NCBI GenBank assembly: GCA_045643605.1
Contig: JAZULC010000010.1
Location: 96,573-160,572, forward strand
Origin: Alphaproteobacteria bacterium
GTDB taxonomy: Bacteria > Pseudomonadota > Alphaproteobacteria > RF32 > CAG-239
Reading direction: 5' to 3'
DNA: 64,000 bases
How positions within the stretch are numbered: position 1 is the first letter of the stretch; each line of letters starts with the position of its first letter. The position numbers and the translations under genes were made by a program. Below the pieces are notes generated by a model. The model ran no database searches, was not told the DNA's origin, and was given only the letters and a program-made list of their open reading frames with translations. Below, piece after piece: positions 37,726 to 48,110 of this stretch.

Positions 37726-38525
37726 TGAGAGAAAAAATAAACAATATGTTAGCAAAACATAATTTGAAAAATTTGCAAAATTTAAAAGAAATACCATTCA
37801 GAAAAATGCTTCCTAACATGGTTACAACCATGGCTTTGTGCTCCGGTATAACATCTATTCGTTATGCTATCATGGGAGAATGGACCAAGGCTGTTATATG
37901 CATTTTCCTGTCAGCATTGTTTGATGGGTTAGATGGACGAGTCGCTCGTATGTTAAAAGCCTCATCAAAATTTGGAGCAGAATTAGATTCCTTGTCTGAT
38001 TTTGTAAGCTTCGGTGTAGCTCCGGCATTGTTGATTTATTTATGGCAATTAAAAGATTTTCCTCGATTCGGTTGGATTTTCTGCTTGTTATTTGCTGTAT
38101 GTATGGCTATGCGTTTAGCTCGTTTCAACACGATGTTAGAAGATGAAAAGCATCCGGCTTATTGGGATAATTGGTTTGTCGGAGTACCGGCTCCTGCAGA
38201 TGCTGCAATAGCACTTATGCCGTTATTAATTTCTTTTGATTTTCCGGAGTTTGAAAGTTTCTTGAGAACAAATCTTTTTTGTAGCCTTTTGATGATAGTT
38301 GTAGGTACCTTGATGGTTAGCCGAATCCCGACAATTTCTACAAAAAAGATGAAAATTCATACATCAATGATGATTCCTATGTTGCTTTTGGTTGCTATAA
38401 TTGCTCATTTTCTGATGACACAGCCATGGATTACTTTAGGAATCATGATAATTCTTTATATTATTACGATTCCTGTTGGTGTAATAATTTTCTTAAAACA
38501 AAAACATCAATATTCAAAAAAATAA
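37725..38525 (+). CDS. pssA: CDP-diacylglycerol--serine O-phosphatidyltransferase
   Basis: CDP-alcohol phosphatidyltransferase motif DGLDGRVARML...GAELDSLSD. Multi-TM protein. Confidence 0.85.
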   Translation: MREKINNMLAKHNLKNLQNLKEIPFRKMLPNMVTTMALCSGITSIRYAIMGEWTKAVICIFLSALFDGLDGRVARMLKASSKFGAELDSLSDFVSFGVAPALLIYLWQLKDFPRFGWIFCLLFAVCMAMRLARFNTMLEDEKHPAYWDNWFVGVPAPADAAIALMPLLISFDFPEFESFLRTNLFCSLLMIVVGTLMVSRIPTISTKKMKIHTSMMIPMLLLVAIIAHFLMTQPWITLGIMIILYIITIPVGVIIFLKQKHQYSKK

Positions 38526-38714
38526 TACAAATATTTGTATAAATATCTGCCAAGCCTGTGTATAAGTTTTATTATGCACAGGCTTTTGTTATGGTAAGAT
38601 ATTGTAAATTCATAATAAAAAAAATCTTGTATAAATGTAAAAATTTTCCTTGCACCAAAGCATAGAATCTTGCAAAATACAAAACATCAAATTTTTATGT
38701 CATTACAAGAAAAA

Positions 38715-38762
38715 TATACCATATATTGTTTATTTACTTTTTATTTACACAATATATAGTAT
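38715..38762 (+). promoter_or_regulatory. tandem NrdR-box-like palindromes upstream of nrdD
   Basis: ataccatatattgttt (38715..38730) and acacaatatatagtat (38747..38762) resemble the NrdR consensus acaCwAtATaTwGtgt. Centres are 32 bp apart, the usual tandem spacing. Confidence 0.4.
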
Positions 38763-38801
38763 CTTTTGCGCACTAACGGATTAAAAGGGAAAATATATAA
38801 A

Positions 38802-40838
38802 ATGGATAAATTGACGCAGGTACATAACGATAATATACCATTCAAAAATATCTTAAAAAGAGATGGTGTAATAGCACCTTTTGACAGTGATAAAATTTAT
38901 AATGCGATTTTAAAGGCAGGAACATCTACAGGTGATTTTGGTGAGGGAGAATCATCTTTATTAACAGCTCAAGTTTTAAAAGTTTTAAAACATAAATTTT
39001 CAGAAACTATACCAAATGTTGAAAATATCCAAGATATTGTTGAGCAGGTTTTGATTTCTGCAAATTATTTTGCAACAGCAAAAGCATATATTTTGTACAG
39101 AGATAAAAGATCTATGGCTCGTAATAATCAAAAAGTAAAAATTGATGTTGAAAGCTCCGTTAACGAATATTTGGAAAAACTTGACTGGCGTGTTAATGCT
39201 AATGCGAATCAAGGTTATTCAAACGGCGGATTGATTTTAAATGTATCCGGCAAAGTAATGGCAAATTATTGGTTGTCAAACGTATATCCTGCAAATGTCG
39301 GTGAAGCGCATCGTAACGGAGATATTCATATTCATGATTTGGATATGTTAGCCGCTTATTGTGCCGGATGGTCGCTTAAAAATTTATTACACGAAGGATT
39401 TAACGGTGTTCCTGGAAAGACAGAAGCAGGTCCAGCAAAACACCTTTCTGCAGCCATTGGACAAATGGTAAATTTTATGGGAACTTTGCAAAACGAGTGG
39501 GCAGGGGCACAAGCTTTTTCTTCTATTGATACATATCTTGCACCTTATGTTAGAAAAGATCATTTAACATATGAGCAAGTTGAACAAAATTTCCAAGAGC
39601 TTGTTTATAATTTGAATGTTCCTTCTCGTTGGGGATCTCAAACTCCATTTACTAACTTTACATTTGATTGGGTTTGTCCGGAAGATTATCGCAACAAACA
39701 TCCTATGATTGCAGGAGAAGAGCAGGATTTCACTTATGGTGATTTACAAAAAGAAATGGATATGATTAATAAAGCATATATTACCGTAATGATGAGAGGT
39801 GATACAAAAGGTCGTCCATTTACTTTCCCAATTCCAACATATAATATTACCCCTGACTTTCCTTGGGAAAATGAAAATACAGATTTATTATTTGAAATGA
39901 CAGCAAAATACGGATTACCTTATTTCCAAAACTTTATAAATTCAGTTTTGAAACCAGGACAAATTCGTTCTATGTGCTGTCGTTTGCAACTTGATTTAAG
40001 AGAACTTTTAGCAAAAGGAAACGGCTTATTCGGTTCCGCAGAACAAACAGGTTCTATAGGTGTTGTTACTTTTAACTGTGCTCGCTTGGGTTATGTTTAT
40101 AAAGGCAATGAGCAAGCATTGTTTGCAAGAGTTGATGAATTGATGAATATTGCTAAAGTTTCTTTGGAATTAAAAAGAAAAACAATTCAACGTTTAATAG
40201 ATAATGGTTTGTTCCCATTCACAAAAAGGTATTTAGGAACATTACGTAATCACTTCTCAACTATCGGTGTTAACGGTATCAATGAAATGATTCGTAACTA
40301 TACAGATGATGAACATAATATAGCAGATGAATGGGGACAAAATTTTGCAATTAAATTCTTGGATTATATTCGTGCAAGATTGCTCAAAATTCAAGAAGAA
40401 ACCGGACATATGTATAACTTGGAGGCAACACCTGCTGAAAGTGCTACATATCGTTTTGCTCGCGAAGACAAAAAGAGATTTCCGGGTATTATTCAGGCAG
40501 GGACTAAAGAAGACCCGTATTATACTAATTCATCCCAACTTCCTATGGGTTATACAGATGATCCGTTTGAAGCATTGGATTTGCAATCTGTTTTGCAAAC
40601 AAAATATACTGGAGGCACGGTACTTCACCTTTATATGAACCAACGCATATCTTCTTCAAAAGTATGCAAAGAATTGGTTAAAAAAGTTCTGACGAATTAT
40701 CGTTTGCCTTATATCACAATTACTCCAACTTTTTCTGTTTGCCCTAAACATGGATATTTAGAGGGAGAACATGAATATTGCCCTATTTGTGATGAAGAGA
40801 AAAAAATAGCCAAGCTTAAATTAGCTGAAGAAAAATAA
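38802..40838 (+). CDS. nrdD: anaerobic ribonucleoside-triphosphate reductase large subunit (class III), ending after the Zn-ribbon
   Basis: ATP-cone-like N-terminus and the class III RNR core. C-terminal C-x2-H...C-x2-C (FSVCPKHGYLEGEHEYCPICDEE). The ATG at 38802 with RBS is preferred over the upstream TTG at 38766. Confidence 0.9.
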   Translation: MDKLTQVHNDNIPFKNILKRDGVIAPFDSDKIYNAILKAGTSTGDFGEGESSLLTAQVLKVLKHKFSETIPNVENIQDIVEQVLISANYFATAKAYILYRDKRSMARNNQKVKIDVESSVNEYLEKLDWRVNANANQGYSNGGLILNVSGKVMANYWLSNVYPANVGEAHRNGDIHIHDLDMLAAYCAGWSLKNLLHEGFNGVPGKTEAGPAKHLSAAIGQMVNFMGTLQNEWAGAQAFSSIDTYLAPYVRKDHLTYEQVEQNFQELVYNLNVPSRWGSQTPFTNFTFDWVCPEDYRNKHPMIAGEEQDFTYGDLQKEMDMINKAYITVMMRGDTKGRPFTFPIPTYNITPDFPWENENTDLLFEMTAKYGLPYFQNFINSVLKPGQIRSMCCRLQLDLRELLAKGNGLFGSAEQTGSIGVVTFNCARLGYVYKGNEQALFARVDELMNIAKVSLELKRKTIQRLIDNGLFPFTKRYLGTLRNHFSTIGVNGINEMIRNYTDDEHNIADEWGQNFAIKFLDYIRARLLKIQEETGHMYNLEATPAESATYRFAREDKKRFPGIIQAGTKEDPYYTNSSQLPMGYTDDPFEALDLQSVLQTKYTGGTVLHLYMNQRISSSKVCKELVKKVLTNYRLPYITITPTFSVCPKHGYLEGEHEYCPICDEEKKIAKLKLAEEK

Positions 40839-40860
40839 TACACTTAAATGGAGAATACTT

Positions 40861-41070
40861 ATGACTGTAGTAAATTTTGAAGATATAAAATTAGATAATA
40901 GCGAAAGACAAAAATGTGAAATTTGGACTCGTGTTATGGGATATTATCGTCCTGTTTCTGAATTTAATAAAGGTAAAAAATCAGAATATTATGAGCGTTC
41001 CGCTTGTTGTTTTACAGAAGAAAAAGCTCTTGAAGGAATGAAAGAAAATTTGTGTTGCGCTGCAGAATAA
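40861..41070 (+). CDS. stand-alone glycyl-radical domain protein (NrdD C-terminal segment as a separate ORF)
   Basis: 69 aa with its own RBS (GGAG), 22 nt after the nrdD stop and in a different frame. Contains RVMGYYRPVSEFNKGKKSEYYER, resembling the class III RNR glycyl-radical signature R-x-C/M-G-Y...N-x-GK..E...R. The C-terminus has CC-x15-CC. Confidence 0.5.
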   Translation: MTVVNFEDIKLDNSERQKCEIWTRVMGYYRPVSEFNKGKKSEYYERSACCFTEEKALEGMKENLCCAAE

Positions 41071-41074
41071 TTGA

Positions 41075-41794
41075 ATGTCAGATATAAATACTAAATCTAA
41101 AATAAAAATTGGCGATGTTGAAACTTTCAGCATCGTCGATTTTCCTGATACAATATCAGCTGTTGTTTTTATGCAAGGATGCCCTTGGCGGTGTCCTTTT
41201 TGTTATAATAAAATTTTACAAAATCAGGCTCAAGAATCTAATGTAAATTGGCCAAAATTTTTAGAATTTTTGCAAAAGAGAAAAGGCGTTTTAGAAGGTG
41301 TTGTATTCTCCGGAGGAGAACCTTTATTACAAGATAAAGATTTAGAAATGGCTATAGATGATGTCAAAGCTATTGGTTATAAAGTCGGGTTACATACCGG
41401 TGGTTTCTATCCTGAAGCATTACAAAAAATAGTAAAAAAAACAGATTGGGTAGGTTTAGATATTAAAGCCCCGCTAAAACCTAAAATATATAAAGATATT
41501 ACCGGTGGAAGAGCTGATGTTAAAAAAGTCATTGAAAGTTTAAATATTTTAATCGCTTCAAAAGTTCATTTTGAATGCAGGACAACCTGTGATCCAAGAT
41601 TTTTAGGCATTAACGATATATATGAAATAGCCGAATATTTACATAAATTAGGTGTTCAAGAATATTATTTGCAGAAATATCGTCCTGTAGACGGAGACAC
41701 AACATCAGAAGATGAAGTAAATAAATTCTTTAACAATTTTTCCTTACAAGCATATTTACACAATATATTTCCAATATTTGAATCAAGAAAATAA
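41075..41794 (+). CDS. nrdG: anaerobic ribonucleoside-triphosphate reductase activating protein (radical SAM)
   Basis: CPWRCPFCYN radical SAM cluster motif. SGGEP. Confidence 0.85.
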   Translation: MSDINTKSKIKIGDVETFSIVDFPDTISAVVFMQGCPWRCPFCYNKILQNQAQESNVNWPKFLEFLQKRKGVLEGVVFSGGEPLLQDKDLEMAIDDVKAIGYKVGLHTGGFYPEALQKIVKKTDWVGLDIKAPLKPKIYKDITGGRADVKKVIESLNILIASKVHFECRTTCDPRFLGINDIYEIAEYLHKLGVQEYYLQKYRPVDGDTTSEDEVNKFFNNFSLQAYLHNIFPIFESRK

Positions 41795-41803
41795 TGAATC
41801 AAA

Positions 41804-42847
41804 CTATTTTTCAAATTCTGACTTATTTGGAAATCTTTGTTGCATATAATCCATTTGAGCTTGAGATTCTTCATCTGTAAAATTGATGCTATCATTTAAG
41901 CAAAACGTACAAGGATTATATTCTTCCAGAGATACAATATTTTTAAGAACAAACAACCCCGCCGGATCACATTTAAAATGTGTTTTTGTAAAATTAAGCG
42001 GGAGCATTGTATATCTTTTTTCTAAAATCTCGGCGTAGGATATTATACCCGAAAACAAGTCCGTTGTTGTACGAAATTTTGCATCTGTTGTAAAATCAGT
42101 TTTAAGCAAATTAATCATATCCACATAATCTTTTTTAATATGAGGCATAAATGTATGTGTTCCATTCATACTAACAGCTTTACGTTTCAAAATTTTTTCA
42201 ATTGTTTTATTTCTAAAATTATAAGCCTCATATGAAAAATCACCCATATATTCTCTGGTAGAATATTTTTGTTCAATTTTTTTTGACATATAACCGCCAT
42301 AATAAATAGGTTTTCCATCTTTATCAAAAAAGAAATCCGGTGTTAAAGGTGCGTTCACAAATATATCATCATTTGTGTATATAAAATGTTCTGAAAGTCC
42401 TTTAATATTTGCAATACCCATTTCTATAGCGGACGAATTGAATAACGGCAAAACTTCTTGAGGTAAAATATCTTTATGATCAACAATTTTAATTTTCGGA
42501 TGGGCAATATTTAACCACGAAGGCACTTGTCCGTCTGTCACAATATAGATTGTTCGTATCCACGGCATATATTGTGCTACAGAACGTAATGAATGTTTTA
42601 ATTCACCTCTGTCTCTCCAGCGAGATTTATTTGTTGAATATAATCTTTTTTCTCCGGTTTGTTGTAGCCAATAATCTCGTTTTTGTTGCCATACCTCATC
42701 TGAACCATCAACCCATAGATAAACTAAATCTATAGGAAAATACTTCTTCTGATATTTGTATATTCCAAATATTGTTGTTACTACAACCAATAAAGCTATA
42801 AATATAATTATTATATATTTTTTCTGCATGATATTATATTTTATCAT
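41804..42847 (-). CDS. Stealth family protein (capsular polysaccharide hexose-1-phosphoryl transferase-like)
   Basis: Conserved regions CR1 (VYLWVDGSD), CR2 (LKHSLRSV...IRTIYIVTDGQVPSWL) and CR3 (FIYTNDDIF). N-terminal TM anchor. Confidence 0.6.
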   Translation of the reverse strand: MIKYNIMQKKYIIIIFIALLVVVTTIFGIYKYQKKYFPIDLVYLWVDGSDEVWQQKRDYWLQQTGEKRLYSTNKSRWRDRGELKHSLRSVAQYMPWIRTIYIVTDGQVPSWLNIAHPKIKIVDHKDILPQEVLPLFNSSAIEMGIANIKGLSEHFIYTNDDIFVNAPLTPDFFFDKDGKPIYYGGYMSKKIEQKYSTREYMGDFSYEAYNFRNKTIEKILKRKAVSMNGTHTFMPHIKKDYVDMINLLKTDFTTDAKFRTTTDLFSGIISYAEILEKRYTMLPLNFTKTHFKCDPAGLFVLKNIVSLEEYNPCTFCLNDSINFTDEESQAQMDYMQQRFPNKSEFEK

Positions 42848-42850
42848 AAA

Positions 42851-44215
42851 TTATAAAAAATATTCCTTCAAATAACGAGGTAAATCTTCTACATTTACTC
42901 TTGTTTGAGCCATTGTATCACGGTCACGAACAGTTACTGACGCCGGGTTATTTTCAATAGTTTCAAAATCAACGGTAATGCACAAAGGTGTACCTACTTC
43001 ATCGTGACGACGATAAGCCTTACCAATGTTGCCGGTATTTTCCAAAGCTACACGACCAATTCCCAGTTTCATTAAATCTTGTTTTATTTCATGACATTTA
43101 GCCATAATTTGATCATTGTTCTTTTTAAGAGGAATAACTGCAACTTTTATTGGTGCAAGATGCTTCTTTAATTTTAGAACTATACGTGAGTTGTTATCTC
43201 CTAAATCTTCTTCAGTATAAGCTTCGGTTAAAACTGCCAAAACTGCACGGTCAACACCCATTGACGGTTCTATAACAAAAGGCACTATCCAAGTTTTGTT
43301 ATCATCATCCAAAATTGCCATTTTTGTATTTGAATCGGTGTTCTTATGACAATGAGCTTCCAGATTAAATTCTTCTTGATTTTTACTATGATTACCAAGA
43401 TCATAATCTCGCCTGTTGGCGATTCCTTCTAATTCTTCCATGCCATGTGGAAATTGATATTCTATATCATAACAAGCTTTAGCATAGTGCGCTAAATCTT
43501 CTTTCGGTGTTTTATAAAGATTTATATGTTCACGAGGAAGACCTTGTTCTTCCCACCATTGTAAACGATTTTCTTTCCAAGTTTCGTGCCATTTTTCATC
43601 TTCTCCGGGGTGAACAAAATACTCTAATTCTGCTTGTTCAAATTCTCTTACGCGAAAAATAAAATTACGAGGAGTAATTTCATTACGGAAAGATTTACCT
43701 ATTTGTGCAATACCAAAAGGTAATTTGCGTGAAGTTGAATCCACAACATTTTTAAATTGTGTAAAAATCGCTTGAGCTGTTTCCGGACGCAAATATGCTA
43801 AATTTTCATCATTTTCAACCGGACCAACCTGTGTTTTAAACATCAGATTAAACGGTCTTGGATCGGTTAATTCTGTAGATCCGCAATTTGGACATTTGCC
43901 ATCTTTAATAAAATCTGCACGAAAACGGCTTTTACATTTTTTGCAATCAACCATCGGGTCAGAAAAAGTGTCTTCATGGCCGGAATATTTCAACACTTTA
44001 CGATTTGTTAAAATGGATGCATCCAATCCCTCAACATCATCTCTTTCATAAACCATAGATCTCCACCAAGCATTCTTTATGTTGTTTTTTAATTCTACGC
44101 CAAGTGGACCATAATCATATACGCCTTGCATTCCGCCATATATATCGGCATTTTGAAAAACAAAACCTCTGCGTTTACACAAAGAAACTAGCTGATCCAT
44201 CGTTTTTGCTACCAT
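42851..44215 (-). CDS. glyQS: glycine--tRNA ligase (homodimeric alpha2 type)
   Basis: Class II aaRS motifs and the GlyRS insertion. 454 aa. Confidence 0.9.
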   Translation of the reverse strand: MVAKTMDQLVSLCKRRGFVFQNADIYGGMQGVYDYGPLGVELKNNIKNAWWRSMVYERDDVEGLDASILTNRKVLKYSGHEDTFSDPMVDCKKCKSRFRADFIKDGKCPNCGSTELTDPRPFNLMFKTQVGPVENDENLAYLRPETAQAIFTQFKNVVDSTSRKLPFGIAQIGKSFRNEITPRNFIFRVREFEQAELEYFVHPGEDEKWHETWKENRLQWWEEQGLPREHINLYKTPKEDLAHYAKACYDIEYQFPHGMEELEGIANRRDYDLGNHSKNQEEFNLEAHCHKNTDSNTKMAILDDDNKTWIVPFVIEPSMGVDRAVLAVLTEAYTEEDLGDNNSRIVLKLKKHLAPIKVAVIPLKKNNDQIMAKCHEIKQDLMKLGIGRVALENTGNIGKAYRRHDEVGTPLCITVDFETIENNPASVTVRDRDTMAQTRVNVEDLPRYLKEYFL

Positions 44216-44305
44216 TTTAACATCCTCATCAAAAAATTTTGTAATTTATTAACTCCTTGTGTTGTATTATATTCTTTTAGAAAAAGCAAGCGGAGATAAT
44301 AAAAA

Positions 44306-45154
44306 ATGACCAAAAATTGCAAAGTTGCACTGATTTATGACTTTGATGGAACATTAAGCACAACAGATATGCAAGATTATGCTTTGATTCCGGAGTTTGG
44401 TATGAAACCTAAAACTTTTTGGAAAAAAGCTAACCAGTGGTCTATTGATAATTGCGCAGATCAAGTAACCGGTTCAATGTATTATTTTGTAAAAACAGCA
44501 AAGGAAAAAGGTATTTCTTTAACGCGCGAAAATTTTAAAAAAACCGGAGAAAATATTCAGTATTTTGAGGGCGTGGAAACTTGGTTCAATCGTATTAATA
44601 AATTCGGTGAAGAACTGGGATTGACTGTTGAACATTATATTATTTCTGCCGGATATGAAGAAATTATTGCCGGAACTAAAATCAGAAAGCATTTTAAAGA
44701 TGTTTTCGGGTGTTCCTTTGCTTTTGATGATAATGGTGAACCAATTTGGCCGGCAAGGGTTGTTAACTACTCCTCAAAAACACAATATCTTTCTAAAATT
44801 AACAAAGGTTTGGGAAAACTTGAGGACCGAGCGGTAAATGAATTTATGCCGGATAATTTAAGATCAATTCCTTTTACATCAATGATATATTTTGGTGATG
44901 GACAGACTGATATTCCTTCCATGAAATTAACAAAAGAAAGAGGCGGAACCGCTATAGCTGTTTACAAACCCAAAAGTAAAAACAGAATTAAAGCCATAAA
45001 ACTATTGAAAGACGGGCGAGTAGATTTTGCTCTTCCTGCAGATTATCGTGCAGGTAAAGATATTGATTATGTCGTTAAAACAATCTTAGAAAAAATTCGC
45101 AAAAATTTTGACTTGCAAATTCTTAAAAATAAAGAAGAAAAAAAGAAAAAATAA
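44306..45154 (+). CDS. HAD-like hydrolase family protein
   Basis: DFDGTL (motif I), ...S/T..., GDGQTD (motif IV). Confidence 0.55.
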   Translation: MTKNCKVALIYDFDGTLSTTDMQDYALIPEFGMKPKTFWKKANQWSIDNCADQVTGSMYYFVKTAKEKGISLTRENFKKTGENIQYFEGVETWFNRINKFGEELGLTVEHYIISAGYEEIIAGTKIRKHFKDVFGCSFAFDDNGEPIWPARVVNYSSKTQYLSKINKGLGKLEDRAVNEFMPDNLRSIPFTSMIYFGDGQTDIPSMKLTKERGGTAIAVYKPKSKNRIKAIKLLKDGRVDFALPADYRAGKDIDYVVKTILEKIRKNFDLQILKNKEEKKKK

Positions 45155-45200
45155 ATAAGAATATTTTTGATATTTGATTGTCATCTAACCAACTACAAAG

Positions 45201-46262
45201 TTAGTTGTTATTATCTGACAATAGGTCATATTGCTTTGTATTTTCTTTTTTATTTATTTTAGCGACACCGAGATATTTACACCCCAACTCTGAAATCATA
45301 CGACCGCGAGGAGTTCTCTGTAAAAAACCTAATTTTAATAAAAATGGCTCTATTACTTCTTCTATAGTATCTCTTTCTTCGGATAATGCTGCAGCTAACG
45401 TATCGGCTCCGACAGGTCCGCCGCCATAATTTTTGAGAATACATTCCAAATATCTACGGTCAAATGCATCAAGCCCGTAATTATCAACATCTAAACGTTT
45501 CAATGCCTCGTTTACAACGGGAGTGTCAACTTCGTCAACATTTGCAACTGCACCAAAATCTCGTACACGACGCAAAAGACGTCCGGCAACACGAGGTGTT
45601 CCCCTTGAACGTAATGCAATCTCTCTTGCACCTTTTTCTGAAATATGCATACCTAATATACGTGCACCACGTATGATAATTTTTTCCAAATCATCAGGAT
45701 TATAAAAATCTAAACGCAAAGGTATTCCAAAGCGATCACGCAATGGTGTTGAAAGCAATCCTGAACGAGTTGTTGCCCCAACCAATGTAAACGGTTGCAA
45801 ATCAATTCTGACGGAACGTGCTGACGGACCTTCCCCTATGATAATATCAAGTTGAAAATCTTCCATTGCTGAATATAAAACTTCTTCTATTGCAGGATTC
45901 AAACGATGTATTTCATCAATAAACAAGACATCATTTTTTTCTAAATTTGTTAAAATAGCAGCTAAATCTCCGGTTTTAGTAATCATTGGAGCAGAACTGG
46001 CTCTAAAACCTACTTTCAGTTCTTTAGCTATGATAGACGCAAGTGTAGTTTTTCCAAGTCCAGGAGGTCCAAATAGCAGCACATGATCTAGAGATTCTCC
46101 TCTGGATTTTGCGGATTCTATATATACTTTCAAGTTATCACAAATTTCTCTCTGCCCAATAAAATCTTCAAGACTATTTGGGCGTAAATTCATTGTATTT
46201 ATTGAATTTACATCATCTTCCGCCGTTTGTTTTGTTGATACTAATCTATCTTGTTCATTCAT
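45201..46262 (-). CDS. ruvB: Holliday junction branch migration DNA helicase RuvB
   Basis: AAA+ [11 protein letters not shown], sensor motifs, winged-helix C-terminus. Confidence 0.95.
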   Translation of the reverse strand: MNEQDRLVSTKQTAEDDVNSINTMNLRPNSLEDFIGQREICDNLKVYIESAKSRGESLDHVLLFGPPGLGKTTLASIIAKELKVGFRASSAPMITKTGDLAAILTNLEKNDVLFIDEIHRLNPAIEEVLYSAMEDFQLDIIIGEGPSARSVRIDLQPFTLVGATTRSGLLSTPLRDRFGIPLRLDFYNPDDLEKIIIRGARILGMHISEKGAREIALRSRGTPRVAGRLLRRVRDFGAVANVDEVDTPVVNEALKRLDVDNYGLDAFDRRYLECILKNYGGGPVGADTLAAALSEERDTIEEVIEPFLLKLGFLQRTPRGRMISELGCKYLGVAKINKKENTKQYDLLSDNNN

Positions 46263-46921
46263 TATTTAAAATCCTTATTGGCAAATTCTTTAAGAGCTTT
46301 TTTAAATAATATTTCAAAATCATCATTTGGATTATCAGCTAATACTTTTGTAGTTACATGATAAGCGTCTATGCGTGAATATCCTAAATTTGTTAAGGCA
46401 GAAATTAAATCCTCACTGATTGCTGCCGTTGACTCATTTAAGTGAATATCTTGAGTGCTTTCCGCAGAATCTTCAACTACATTTTGTAAAGTACTGTCTT
46501 TTTCTGTCGCTTCAATAGGAGAGGTTACTATTTTATCTTTTAATTCAACAACCAAACGTGCTGCTAATTTTGGTCCTACTCCTGCAGCTTTTGCAAAAGA
46601 ACTTTTATCTTGTGCAGCTAAAGCTTGTGCAATTTGAAAAGGGGATAACACGCTTAAAATACTCAATCCTACTTTTGCACCGACACCTTGAACTTTTGTT
46701 AAAACAGAAAACCACTCTTTTTCTAAAGAATCTCCAAATCCGAAAAGAGTTATACTGTCTTCTCTGACAACAGTTTCAATTAAGAGAGATATTGCATTAC
46801 CTAACACCATTCTGGCCAACGTTTTTGCAGAAGCATACACCAGATAACCAACACCGTTAACATCAATAATACAATAATCTTCGCCTATTGTATCAACAAC
46901 ACCTCTTAATTTTGCAATCAT
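46262..46921 (-). CDS. ruvA: Holliday junction branch migration protein RuvA
   Basis: OB domain plus two HhH motifs ([27 protein letters not shown]). Overlapping stop/start with ruvB. Confidence 0.9.
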   Translation of the reverse strand: MIAKLRGVVDTIGEDYCIIDVNGVGYLVYASAKTLARMVLGNAISLLIETVVREDSITLFGFGDSLEKEWFSVLTKVQGVGAKVGLSILSVLSPFQIAQALAAQDKSSFAKAAGVGPKLAARLVVELKDKIVTSPIEATEKDSTLQNVVEDSAESTQDIHLNESTAAISEDLISALTNLGYSRIDAYHVTTKVLADNPNDDFEILFKKALKEFANKDFK

Positions 46922-46960
46922 CTGTTTCTCCTTAAATACCTATTTTATAATAGCTTAATT

Positions 46961-48067
46961 TTAATCACCTTCAAGATGCAGTAAAATGGCTGTTGATATT
47001 AATATTATTATTAGTGAAGGTGAACATGCTGATAAAATAGGAGGAATATAGCCGTTCATACCAAAAGCATAAATAACTTGAGAAATAAAATACACCATAA
47101 ACCCTGTGATAATACCACCGACTATCATTATCATAGTGCCACCTTTTCTAACGCTTGTTTTTAAAGCAAAAATCGCAGCAATAAATACCATAGAGCACAA
47201 CAATAATGGGGATATTAATAAAGTAAAATATCTCATCTTATGTGCAGTAGCCGTAAATCCTGAACTTTCATAAAAATTTATAGTATCCGGCAATACCCAA
47301 AAAGATATGGCATTCGGTTCAACAAAATTTTCTTTTATTCTGTCTGCATTCAAAGAAGTAGCATATTCCAGATTATTTATTGTTTCTGTTTTTTCTCCGC
47401 TTTTAAATATCTTAACATCACGCAAAAGCATTTTCCCATTTTCAAGAGTCGCAGCAAAAGATTCTATTTGTCGTAAAATTTGAGATTCTCTATCCATTTC
47501 TAAAATACTGACATCCCTTAAAAATAATGTTTTTTTCTCCTGTTTTATGCTCTTTGCTTGCAATATGCTGATAGTGTTATCATTTAAGGCTTCCCGTATC
47601 CACAGACCTTTACTTGAAAACAACATTGCTTTAGGATTTTTAGTTTTTAAACGCAAGTCTAAAGTTTCATAAGTTTCGTATAATTTTGCAGATAACGGAT
47701 TTACTAATGTAATATTTGCTACACCTAAAAGAAAAACTGTAACAAATACCGGTAATAAAAATCCCCAAATAGGAACACCTGCCGCAGTAATAACTGCATA
47801 TTCATTAGATTTGCTAAATTTCCAAAAGGTAATCATTGAAGCAATCATAAGCACAAACGGAAAAACTATATCTAAGGTTTGAGGTGTTTTTGTTAAGGCC
47901 ATTTGCAATACAAACCAGCCGTCAATATCACTTCTTCCGGAAGTTCGCCTTAAAAGTTCTATGGTTTCAAACATAAGGATAATGCCTAAAATCATAAACA
48001 GTACGCCAAAAAAATTGATTAAAATTTGTTTGCTTAAATATCTGCCTAATATGGAAGTCGGTTTCAT
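46961..48067 (-). CDS. LptF/LptG family LPS export permease
   Basis: YjgP/YjgQ topology: 3 TM, large periplasmic beta-jellyroll, 3 TM. Confidence 0.75.
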   Translation of the reverse strand: MKPTSILGRYLSKQILINFFGVLFMILGIILMFETIELLRRTSGRSDIDGWFVLQMALTKTPQTLDIVFPFVLMIASMITFWKFSKSNEYAVITAAGVPIWGFLLPVFVTVFLLGVANITLVNPLSAKLYETYETLDLRLKTKNPKAMLFSSKGLWIREALNDNTISILQAKSIKQEKKTLFLRDVSILEMDRESQILRQIESFAATLENGKMLLRDVKIFKSGEKTETINNLEYATSLNADRIKENFVEPNAISFWVLPDTINFYESSGFTATAHKMRYFTLLISPLLLCSMVFIAAIFALKTSVRKGGTMIMIVGGIITGFMVYFISQVIYAFGMNGYIPPILSACSPSLIIILISTAILLHLEGD

Positions 48068-48110
48068 TTTTTTACTTCTTTAAATCTAGATGTTTAGTAC
48101 CATATAAAAA

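Noticed and set aside
38590-38800. FNR box (TTGAT-N4-ATCAA) upstream of nrdD
   Set aside because: No acceptable match seen. Only the NrdR-like boxes are reported.
38766-38801. Upstream TTG-initiated extension of nrdD (ORF-track start)
   Set aside because: The ATG at 38802 has a proper RBS, and the N-terminus from MDKL matches NrdD. The extension would overlap the NrdR boxes.
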